A stretch of DNA of 47,360 nucleotides, from NCBI GenBank assembly GCA_029975745.1, contig JARKOL010000044.1, forward strand, positions 1 to 47,360, given 5' to 3'. Every line of letters starts with the position of its first letter. The stretch's first letter is position 1. This document shows positions 1-7,987 of the stretch, one piece after another. The DNA comes from Myxococcota bacterium. Lineage in GTDB: Bacteria > Myxococcota_A > UBA9042 > DTJE01. The position numbers and the translations under genes were made by a program. The notes beneath the pieces are model-generated. The model searched no databases and had not been told where the DNA came from. It saw only the letters and a list, made by a program, of their open reading frames with translations.

Positions 1-58
1 AGACCGCGGCGCCCAGGCCCGCGACAACGACGGCGGCGGTCAGAACCCGAATACGCAT
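1..58 (-). CDS. 5' end of an exported protein running off the left edge (MRIRVLTAAVVVAGLGAAV...)
   Basis: ATG at 58 on the minus strand, preceded by a GGAGGTGA Shine-Dalgarno; signal-peptide-like N-terminus. Confidence 0.6.
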   Translation of the reverse strand, partial: MRIRVLTAAVVVAGLGAAV

Positions 59-120
59 GGTCACCTCCCAGGTAGTGGCCGGACGTGTCGGCCTCGCAAC
101 GCAACCCGGAAAGTGGTCAC

Positions 121-2226
121 TTATTCCCCGGGTGGCAAGACGCGATAGACGCCGATCCGGAAGGGGCCCGGTCCGCTGAAACACCACCCGAAGTCCAGGT
201 CGGCGTGTTCGTGAACGGGCTTGCGGTCGATCGGGAGGCGCCGCAAGGGCACCTGGCGTTCGAGCACGGGCTCCAGCCGGAAGCGTCGCGCCATCTCCTG
301 ACATCCCGGATGCGGGCCGGGTTCGCCGCAGCGCCGCAGGTGGCAGCGAACGCCCGACAGGAAGTACACCGGTCGGTCGAACGACGGCGTGTCCAGGAAG
401 GTGCCGATGCCCACGACGCGATCCTGGCGGAACGGCGGCTGGAATCGGTAGTCGGGCCAGTCCATGTGCGGCGGCTCGGTCGGCGGATCGACGTACGCGC
501 GCCGGACGATGGTGGCCGGCGTGGGGGGCAGCAGCGTCCGGGCGTCGGCGAGCAGATCCTCCTCGTCGTCGGCGTTCGAGCGCAGCCACAGGGCCGGGAT
601 GGTGGCGGCGGTCGAGACCAGCAGGATGGCGACCCCCACGACCATGCCGATCGCGCGGATGGGGCCGGAGGTGCGGACGGGCCACTTGCCCGCCGGAACC
701 GACAGGCCCCAGGCGCCGGCCAGGACCAGCAGTGCCAGGCCCGGCGCCTGGACGCGCGGGATCGATACGTACGGCAGGTCCAGTTGCGCCATGGCGATCC
801 AGGCCATGCCCAGCCCCGCCAGCAGCAGGACGGGGCGGCGGGATGCGCGATCGACCAGGAAGGGCGCCGCCAGCGCGCCGACGGTGACGACGGTCGGGAA
901 CAGGCTGGGCCAGAAGGCCGCGTTGCGAAGCAGGGTGCCGGAAAGGACCGCCTGCACCCCGCGCCAGGTGGCCAGTTGGGGCGTGTTGCCGCGCGACAGT
1001 TCCAGTTCGACGGCCCAGGTGGTCTGGGCGATGCGCAGGCCCAGAACCGCGACGACGAACGCCGCCAGGGCAAGCCAGGCGGCGATGGCGCCGTTCGACG
1101 GGCGCCGGGGACGGGCGCTCCCGGGAGCCGGGGCCCAGGCCCAGGCGGCGGCCGTGGCCAGGGGGATCAGGACGATGGCCTCGGGGCGGGAAAGGGCCGC
1201 CAGGGCCAGGGGGAAGGCGGCCAGCCACGCGGTGGCGGGCGAAGCGGTCCGGCGGGTGCGTGCCGCAAGCGCCAGGCCGACCAGCGTCCACAGCAACGTG
1301 GGCACCCCCAGGCTTTCGGAGGTCGCGTCCTTGACCAGCAGCGGGGTGAAGGCGATCAGAAGCGCCCCCAGCAGCACGGCTCGGCGCGGGGCGCCCAGTG
1401 CCGCCAGCAGTGCCGCCGCCGCCGGGACCGCCAGGCCCCCCAGCACCTTGTGCAGCGCGATCACGACGCCGTGATCCGGACCGGTCAGGCGGAATACCAG
1501 GTGGTGCAGCGCCAGCGCGCCGGGCCCGTACTTCGGAATCGGGTCCAGGTCGTACGCGATCTGCACCAGGCGGTAGCCCATGTAGTGCATCACCGGCAGG
1601 GACGGCAGCAGCAGGCGAAGGCCGATGGCGAACCCCGTGATGACCAGCAGCACCCGGCGCAACCGGCGGTCGCGGGGGTCCAGTTCCCTGCCCAGTGCGC
1701 CGGCCGTCCAGGGCAACAGCAGCAGGAATGCCACGACCAGGGCCAGGCCGGTCGCGGCGGAAAGGCGTTCGATGGTCCTTGCCGGACCGGGCGGAGGCTG
1801 GTCGGCCGGCCGGGCGTAGCGGGGTGGGGTCGGCAGGCGCACGCTGCCGGTGTCGTTGCGTCGCAGCGCCTCCAGGAACGCCTGGACGAGGGGGGCGACG
1901 TCCTCGGGCGGCTGGCCGTCGACCGTGGGTCCCCGGTAGGCGACGTCCAGCGACGGGGTTCGGGCGAATGCGGGGGCGTCGTCGTTGCGCGGGGTCAGGC
2001 GCAGTTCGATGGTGCCGCGAGGGAGGGTTTCCGGGCGGTTCGGCACGTACAGGAAATGGACGGCTTCGCCCACGTGGACGTCGCGCAGTTGCCAGCCCGG
2101 GACGGCGGTCACGCGGGAACCATCGGCCCGGCGGATCAGGTCGGATGGGTCCGGGGCCCCGCACGCGCCCAGCAGCGCGGTCAGCAGCCCCAGCATCACG
2201 GTCCAGACGGTTCCCGTTCGCGCCAT
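121..2226 (-). CDS. Lipoprotein-signal, multi-pass membrane protein; possible GT-C (ArnT/PMT-like) glycosyltransferase
   Basis: Start MARTGTVW...LLGAC (lipobox), a soluble N-terminal domain, then many hydrophobic helices with an LSRPE motif. The GT-C assignment is inference. Confidence 0.6.
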   Translation of the reverse strand: MARTGTVWTVMLGLLTALLGACGAPDPSDLIRRADGSRVTAVPGWQLRDVHVGEAVHFLYVPNRPETLPRGTIELRLTPRNDDAPAFARTPSLDVAYRGPTVDGQPPEDVAPLVQAFLEALRRNDTGSVRLPTPPRYARPADQPPPGPARTIERLSAATGLALVVAFLLLLPWTAGALGRELDPRDRRLRRVLLVITGFAIGLRLLLPSLPVMHYMGYRLVQIAYDLDPIPKYGPGALALHHLVFRLTGPDHGVVIALHKVLGGLAVPAAAALLAALGAPRRAVLLGALLIAFTPLLVKDATSESLGVPTLLWTLVGLALAARTRRTASPATAWLAAFPLALAALSRPEAIVLIPLATAAAWAWAPAPGSARPRRPSNGAIAAWLALAAFVVAVLGLRIAQTTWAVELELSRGNTPQLATWRGVQAVLSGTLLRNAAFWPSLFPTVVTVGALAAPFLVDRASRRPVLLLAGLGMAWIAMAQLDLPYVSIPRVQAPGLALLVLAGAWGLSVPAGKWPVRTSGPIRAIGMVVGVAILLVSTAATIPALWLRSNADDEEDLLADARTLLPPTPATIVRRAYVDPPTEPPHMDWPDYRFQPPFRQDRVVGIGTFLDTPSFDRPVYFLSGVRCHLRRCGEPGPHPGCQEMARRFRLEPVLERQVPLRRLPIDRKPVHEHADLDFGWCFSGPGPFRIGVYRVLPPGE

Positions 2227-2306
2227 GCGCCGACCCCAGGGGCGGATTCGATATGCTACCATCGTCGCGGCGGCCGCGAACCGTGCCCGCCGGAGCAGGA
2301 GGTTCC

Positions 2307-3965
2307 ATGTCGATCTTGCGTTCGACCGCAATCCTGGGGGTCGTCCTGGCGGTGACCGCGGTGGCCGCCGAGGTCCGCGGCGGCGCGGCACCCGGGGAGG
2401 CCGCGCCCGGGGTCACGTTCGTGATCGGCCAGGGGTACGAGGCGTTCTTCTCGGATGCGCTCAGCGCGGCCGGGGCGCCCGGCGGGTGGACGCTCCAGGG
2501 GATCTCGCTGGAGCGATCCAGCGCTTCGGCTCGGTACCAGGCTCGGTCCGGGGCGACCGTGACGGTCATCCTGGAACATCCGGATGCGGTCGGCGCGGGC
2601 AAGGTCGCCACCCGACGCTTCCGGCTGCGCGCCGAGGGGGAAGGCGGCGATCCGGACCGGCTGGTGCGACACCTGGCCGCCCGGATTCGTGCCCGGGAGG
2701 GCGTGTTCCAGTGGCGTGCCGACCGTCCCGTCGTCTCGCGTCCTGGGGCGATGCCGACGATACCTCCGGACGCCCTGCCGCCGAACCTGCTTTCGGAACC
2801 GACGTGGGATCTGGGGGACTCGGCGGCGTTCCGGCGGTTCCAGGAGGCGCGCGCGGCCATCGACGCCGGCAAGCTGGCGGAGGCGCGCTCCCTGGCGTCG
2901 GCGCTGGCCGCGGCCAGCCCCTTGGCGACCGCCTCGATCCTGCGACGGATCGGAGACTTCGGTCGCGCGGTCGAGGTGCTGGAACAAGGCATGTCCTCGG
3001 GTGTGCGTTCGGGGTCGGACCGTCGGGACGAGGATCGTGCCTTGTCGTTGCTGTTGGCGGGCCGCGAGGCGGACGCGGACCGGTTGCTGGCGGGGACGCC
3101 CGACTCGCTGTGTCGCAAGGCGGCCTTGTGGACTCGAGCCCTGCGGGAGGGGCGGGCCGCCGATGTCGCCCGGCTGGCGGTCGGGCCGTTGCGTTCCCAG
3201 CAGCGTCCGCCGCGCTGCGTCCACCAGTTCCGGCTGCGACTGGCGTATGCGCTGGGGGATGGGGCGGGCATCGAGGCGGCGGGGAAGGCGGCGCTGGCGC
3301 ATCTGGGGCCGGATGACGACCTGCTGTTCCTGTGGGGCAAGTTCTACTTCGATGATTTCTTCAGCCCGGCGTCGTTGGCGAAGGCGGCCATTCCCTGGCG
3401 CACGCTGGCGCGGCGCAATCCGAATTACCCATCGATCCTGGGGATATATGCGACGGCCGAGGTGCAGTCCGGCGGCTTGAGCCGCGACCGCGCGTTCGCG
3501 TATCTGGAGGCCTGGCGCAAGGACCGAACCGACCTGGTCTCGGCGTTCCTGGCCGGGGTCGGCATGCACTACCTGCGCGAGTTCGAGCCCAGCATCCCGG
3601 CGCTGGAAGCGGTTTACGCAGGCGTCCCGGAGGAGCCTCGCGCGGGGATGTACCTGGCCATGGCGTACTACTTCACGGGGCGTCAGGCGCAGGCCGAGCA
3701 GGTGCTGGACGCCATCCGGGACTACGCCTACCAGGAACCCGACATCTACTACTGCCGCTCCAGCGTCTGGCGACACAAGGACGTCCAGGCGTCGCGCCGC
3801 GAGATGGAGGCGTTCCTGGCCGTGATGGACGAGCCCGAGCGCTTCTGCTTCGACCCCGCCAAGCCCGCTCGGGCGCGCGAGGATCTGGAGGCGATGCGGC
3901 GTGGCGAGGTGCCTCCCGTGCGCCTGCCGAACTCGGAACAGGAGATTCGGCCCGGAGTCCGATGA
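2307..3965 (+). CDS. Exported tetratricopeptide-repeat protein
   Basis: AGGAGG RBS, signal peptide MSILRSTAILGVVLAVTAVAA, TPR-like helical repeats (e.g. PRAGMYLAMAYYFTGRQAQAEQVL). Confidence 0.7.
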   Translation: MSILRSTAILGVVLAVTAVAAEVRGGAAPGEAAPGVTFVIGQGYEAFFSDALSAAGAPGGWTLQGISLERSSASARYQARSGATVTVILEHPDAVGAGKVATRRFRLRAEGEGGDPDRLVRHLAARIRAREGVFQWRADRPVVSRPGAMPTIPPDALPPNLLSEPTWDLGDSAAFRRFQEARAAIDAGKLAEARSLASALAAASPLATASILRRIGDFGRAVEVLEQGMSSGVRSGSDRRDEDRALSLLLAGREADADRLLAGTPDSLCRKAALWTRALREGRAADVARLAVGPLRSQQRPPRCVHQFRLRLAYALGDGAGIEAAGKAALAHLGPDDDLLFLWGKFYFDDFFSPASLAKAAIPWRTLARRNPNYPSILGIYATAEVQSGGLSRDRAFAYLEAWRKDRTDLVSAFLAGVGMHYLREFEPSIPALEAVYAGVPEEPRAGMYLAMAYYFTGRQAQAEQVLDAIRDYAYQEPDIYYCRSSVWRHKDVQASRREMEAFLAVMDEPERFCFDPAKPARAREDLEAMRRGEVPPVRLPNSEQEIRPGVR

Positions 3966-5410
3966 TCGACTTTCCCCACTTGGGGCGGCTGGGTGCCGCT
4001 CTTCTGTTGACGGCAGCGCTGGCGATGGCGTCGTGTCGGGGGCGCGGTCCCGAGCCCCTGACCGCGGTTCCCGCGGATGCGGAGGGCATCGTCGCGATCG
4101 CGCCCGCCCGGGTGCTTGCGGGGCGTCTGGCACCGACCCTCGACCGATTGCCCGAGGTCGTCGGCGCCGTGGATCTGGTGCGAAGCCTCGTCGGCATCGA
4201 TCTGCGCGAACCGGATCGGGTGCGGCACGAGGGGCTGGACCCCGATCGGGGGGTGGCCTTGGCCTGGGCGGGCGAGGCGTTCCTGGTCCTGCTCCCCGTG
4301 AGTGATCGCGCGGCAGCGGGGCGAAGGCTGGGGCTCCGGCTGGCCAGGCTGGGGTTGATCGAACAGGACGCCCAGGGGGACGCACGGCGGTTCCGGGGGG
4401 GGGCTGGCGGCGACCAGCACGCCTCGCTGCGCGTGGGGGCGGGGCTTGCGGTGGTCTGCCTGGGCAGCCAGACCGCATGCGACCTGGCGGCCGCCGCGAC
4501 TCGGGGCGGGGCCGAGGCGGCACTGGGGGCGGTTCGCGACGAACTGGCCATGTCCCAGGCCGATGTCACGGGGCTCGTTCGCAACCGGGGACTGGTTCGC
4601 CTGGGGCGGATGCTGGGGATCCCGCTGCCCACCTCGGGCATGGCCGGCGCGATGCTGGGCGACCTGCGCCTGGCCTTGTCGCTGGACGGCGGGGTGATGG
4701 TCCGGGCCGCGATTGGGTCGGTGGGCGAACCGATGTCGTCGGGTCTGGCGGACGCATTCGGGACCGGCGACGCGCTGCAGTTGTCCGTGCATGCCGGTTC
4801 GCTGCCGGCGCCCTGGCTGCGCGAGGGGGTCGCCCGGCTGTTCGGCGGCGGGACCGATCTGGCGAGGCGCGTGTCGGGGTGGGACGGGCGGCTCCTGGCG
4901 ACGGTGCCCGCGGACCGGGCCGAACCGGTGCTGCCGCTGCTGCGGCCGGGCAATCTGGCCGGGCTGCCGATCGGCATCCTGGCGGGGTTCCGGAACGAGG
5001 CGGCCGCGTCGGCGATGCTGCAGGAACTGGAAGCGGTCCTGACCCGCCTGGGTGGGCGCGTCACGTCGGTCGATTCGGATGCGTCGCGGGGCCTGTCCGT
5101 CAGCGGCGGCGGACTGCCCGAAGGGTTCGCCGGGCGCGTCGGCCCCGTCTGCTGGTGGGCTTCGGGCCTTGGGGCGGCGGGGCGGGCGCTGGCGTTCGGG
5201 ACCCGGCCGGATTCGACGCGGGGTTCGCTGGAGGCCGTGCCCCAGCGCCTGGCAAGGCTGCGGGTCGATCCGGGCGCCCTGATCGAGGCCTCGGGCGTGA
5301 CGGTGATCGACTTCGTTCGACACCTGGCGACGAACCTTCGAACGGTCGAGGCGGACCTGGCGATGGACGGGTTGCGGCTGCTGCTGGACGTGGCGGTTCG
5401 GGTGCGCTAG
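3962..5410 (+). CDS. Hypothetical lipoprotein
   Basis: Lipobox-like LAMASC; ATGA overlap with the upstream gene. Confidence 0.65.
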   Translation: MIDFPHLGRLGAALLLTAALAMASCRGRGPEPLTAVPADAEGIVAIAPARVLAGRLAPTLDRLPEVVGAVDLVRSLVGIDLREPDRVRHEGLDPDRGVALAWAGEAFLVLLPVSDRAAAGRRLGLRLARLGLIEQDAQGDARRFRGGAGGDQHASLRVGAGLAVVCLGSQTACDLAAAATRGGAEAALGAVRDELAMSQADVTGLVRNRGLVRLGRMLGIPLPTSGMAGAMLGDLRLALSLDGGVMVRAAIGSVGEPMSSGLADAFGTGDALQLSVHAGSLPAPWLREGVARLFGGGTDLARRVSGWDGRLLATVPADRAEPVLPLLRPGNLAGLPIGILAGFRNEAAASAMLQELEAVLTRLGGRVTSVDSDASRGLSVSGGGLPEGFAGRVGPVCWWASGLGAAGRALAFGTRPDSTRGSLEAVPQRLARLRVDPGALIEASGVTVIDFVRHLATNLRTVEADLAMDGLRLLLDVAVRVR

Positions 5411-5432
5411 GCGGCGGTGGCGGGGAGGCTTC

Positions 5433-6152
5433 GTGGACGGTCCCATGATCGAGGTCCGCAACCTGACGAAGGTCTACCCTGGGGCCGTCGCCTCGCCCGA
5501 GGCGGGTCGGGGCGAGTTCGCGCTTCACGGGGTGGATCTGGAGGTCGGTCGGGGCGAGTTCGTGGCCGTCGTCGGGCGATCAGGGTCGGGCAAGACGACG
5601 CTGCTGCACATCCTTGGAGGGCTCGACCGACACTACCAGGGACAGGTTCGGGTGCGGGGGCGCGATCTGGCCACCCTGGATGATCGCGGGCTGTCCAGGA
5701 TGCGCAACGCCACGATTGGATTCGTGTTCCAGGCGTTCCACCTGCTGCCTCACCTGTCCGTCCTGCAGAACGTCCTGCTGCCTTCGCGGTTTTCGGGCAT
5801 CGAGGACCCGGGACTGTTCGAGGGACGCGCGCGCGAGGCGCTGGAACGGACGGGCCTGACCCACAAGGCGTCAAGCCTGCCGACGCGGCTGTCCGCGGGA
5901 GAGCGCCAGCGCGTCGCCATCGCGCGGGCCATCCTGAATCGGCCCGAGTTGTTGTTGTGCGACGAGCCCACCGGCAACCTGGACGCCCAGACGGGGCGCG
6001 CGGTGCTGGACATCTTCCTGGACCTGTGTGCTCGCGACGGGACGACCCTGGTGATCGCGACGCACGAGGCTCGGGTCAGCGAGGCCGCCGGACGACGGAT
6101 CGTGCTGGAGGCGGGGCGATGCGTCGAGCCCCCGAGCGGAGGGGCGGCATGA
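5433..6152 (+). CDS. ABC transporter ATP-binding protein (LolD/MacB-like); start may be ATG 5445
   Basis: Walker A GRSGSGKT, GFVFQAFHL, signature LSAGERQRVAIARA, Walker B LLLCDEPTGNLD, H-loop IATH. Confidence 0.95.
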   Translation: MDGPMIEVRNLTKVYPGAVASPEAGRGEFALHGVDLEVGRGEFVAVVGRSGSGKTTLLHILGGLDRHYQGQVRVRGRDLATLDDRGLSRMRNATIGFVFQAFHLLPHLSVLQNVLLPSRFSGIEDPGLFEGRAREALERTGLTHKASSLPTRLSAGERQRVAIARAILNRPELLLCDEPTGNLDAQTGRAVLDIFLDLCARDGTTLVIATHEARVSEAAGRRIVLEAGRCVEPPSGGAA

Positions 6153-7906
6153 CCTGGCGCGCCCGAATGGCACTGATTCGTCACGCGATGTCGCGCAGCA
6201 GGCACCACTTCGTGTTCGCGGGGGTCGGCCTGGTCGTCGGGTCGGCGACCCTGGCGTTCTTCCTGGCCCTGTCGGCCGGCGTGCGGGATCGGGTGCTCAA
6301 TCGCCTGTACCCGGTCAATCAGGTCGAGTTCCAGGCGGAGACCGTGCGCCTGTTCGGTCTGGGCATCGAAGTGCCCACGCGGATGGACCGGGCGACCATG
6401 GCCGCGCTGGAGCGTCTGGACGGCGTGACGTCGGTTCATCCCAAGCAGCGCGCCAAGTTCCAGGCGCGGTTGTGGGGCGGTGCCGATGTGCTGGGGCGCG
6501 AGGCGCGGGTCGAGTCGTTCTTCGACGGCATCGAGCCGCGGCTGATCCGGGACGAACTGCGGGCGGCCGAGGCGGCGGTGCTGGGGCCCGAGCGCCTGGA
6601 CCTGGCGTGCGCGATCGATGGGGACTGCGGGATTGGCGGCCGCTGCGACGGCGGGCGTTGCGCGCGACCGACCTGGTGGGACGGATTCGAGGACCTGGGG
6701 GCCACCGCCTGGTGTCGAACCGATGACGGCTGCGCGCCGGGTCGGGTCTGCGCCGCGGGACGATGTCGCGTGCCGTGCGACGGGGGCTGTGCCCAGGGCG
6801 ACAGGTGCGATGGGGGCGCATGTTTCGCCGCGTGCGGCTCCGATGGGGATTGCCGTCCCGGCGAGACGTGTCGCACGGGGACGGGCGGGGGCACCTGCGA
6901 GCGTCTGCAGTGTCGCCTGGGGGATGTGCGCGACCAGATGGGCAACGACTGGGCGCGGCTTCGGGGGCGCGTGATCGCGCCGGCCGACCACGCCGGACGA
7001 CCGTGTCCGGAGGGAACCTACTGCGCCGCCAGGAACCTGGCCACGGTGGAGGGCACTTGCGAGGCCCCGATTCCCGCCCTGGTGTCGCCCTTCCTTCTGG
7101 AGGTCTACAACTCGATGGTGGCGACGGCGCTGGGGCTGCGTCGCCTGGGTGGGCTGGAGGTGGTCCTGGGGGTGCGGTTCGCCATCCTGTTTGGCGAGTC
7201 GTACTTCGTCGCCGATGGTCCCGTCGAGGAGCGGGTCGCGCGCCGGGCCCGGGTGGTGGGCTTCTCGCCGAAGGCGATGGAGTTCGGGGTCACGGTTCCC
7301 CTGCCGTACGTCGTCCGTGCCAACGCGGCCCAGCGAGGACGCCAGGCGGCCGCGGAGTTCACCAGCGTCGTGGTGCAGACCGAGCGCAACGAGGATGTGC
7401 CGCGCCTGGTCGAGGATGCCCGCGTCCTGGGGCTGACGCTGGCGCCGCGCAGCGAGGAGGGGCGAAAGGCCGCGAACGTGCTGCTGATCCTGACGCTGGT
7501 GTTCGCGATGGTCAGTCTGGTGATCCTGGGCATCTCGGCCATCAACATCACGCACACGTTCCTGATGCTGGTGACCGAGCGCCGCGTCGAGATCGCGATT
7601 CACCGCTCGGTGGGGGCCCGGCTGCTGGACATTCGACTGTTGTTCCTGGGCGAGGCGGCCATTCTGGGGGCGGCCGGGGGCACGCTGGGCGTCGCGGTCG
7701 CCTGGGGGCTGGGCACCGTGGTCAACGGGTTCGCGGCGGGCGTGCTCCGGGGCATTCCGGGCAGCCCCGAGAACCTGTTCCGCTTCACTCCCGGGGTGAT
7801 CGCCGCCGGCATCGGGTGCGCGGTGGTGTTCGCGCTGGTCGGCGCCTGGCTGCCCTCGCGCGCCGCGGCGCGCACCGATCCGGCCGAGGTTCTGTCCCAG
7901 GGCTAG
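6149..7906 (+). CDS. MacB/FtsX-like ABC permease with a Cys-rich insertion in the periplasmic domain
   Basis: N-terminal TM helix; C-terminal FtsX-type motifs (ERRVEIAIHRSVGA; PSRAAARTDPAEVL); ATGA coupling to the ATPase gene. Confidence 0.9.
   Translation: MTWRARMALIRHAMSRSRHHFVFAGVGLVVGSATLAFFLALSAGVRDRVLNRLYPVNQVEFQAETVRLFGLGIEVPTRMDRATMAALERLDGVTSVHPKQRAKFQARLWGGADVLGREARVESFFDGIEPRLIRDELRAAEAAVLGPERLDLACAIDGDCGIGGRCDGGRCARPTWWDGFEDLGATAWCRTDDGCAPGRVCAAGRCRVPCDGGCAQGDRCDGGACFAACGSDGDCRPGETCRTGTGGGTCERLQCRLGDVRDQMGNDWARLRGRVIAPADHAGRPCPEGTYCAARNLATVEGTCEAPIPALVSPFLLEVYNSMVATALGLRRLGGLEVVLGVRFAILFGESYFVADGPVEERVARRARVVGFSPKAMEFGVTVPLPYVVRANAAQRGRQAAAEFTSVVVQTERNEDVPRLVEDARVLGLTLAPRSEEGRKAANVLLILTLVFAMVSLVILGISAINITHTFLMLVTERRVEIAIHRSVGARLLDIRLLFLGEAAILGAAGGTLGVAVAWGLGTVVNGFAAGVLRGIPGSPENLFRFTPGVIAAGIGCAVVFALVGAWLPSRAAARTDPAEVLSQG
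6608..7060 (+). repeat. Cys-rich repeat region (four C-x3/5-C-x5-C-x4/8-C units plus a fifth degenerate unit; 20 Cys)
   Basis: Units CAIDGDCGIGGRCDGGRC, CRTDDGCAPGRVCAAGRC, CDGGCAQGDRCDGGAC, CGSDGDCRPGETCRTGTGGGTC. Confidence 0.85.
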
Positions 7907-7987
7907 CGGTCGGCTGGGCGCCGGCGTCCGCATTCGATTTCGTCCCCGAAACTGGATCACCACCGTTTCCGGATGCGATAGGCGGGC

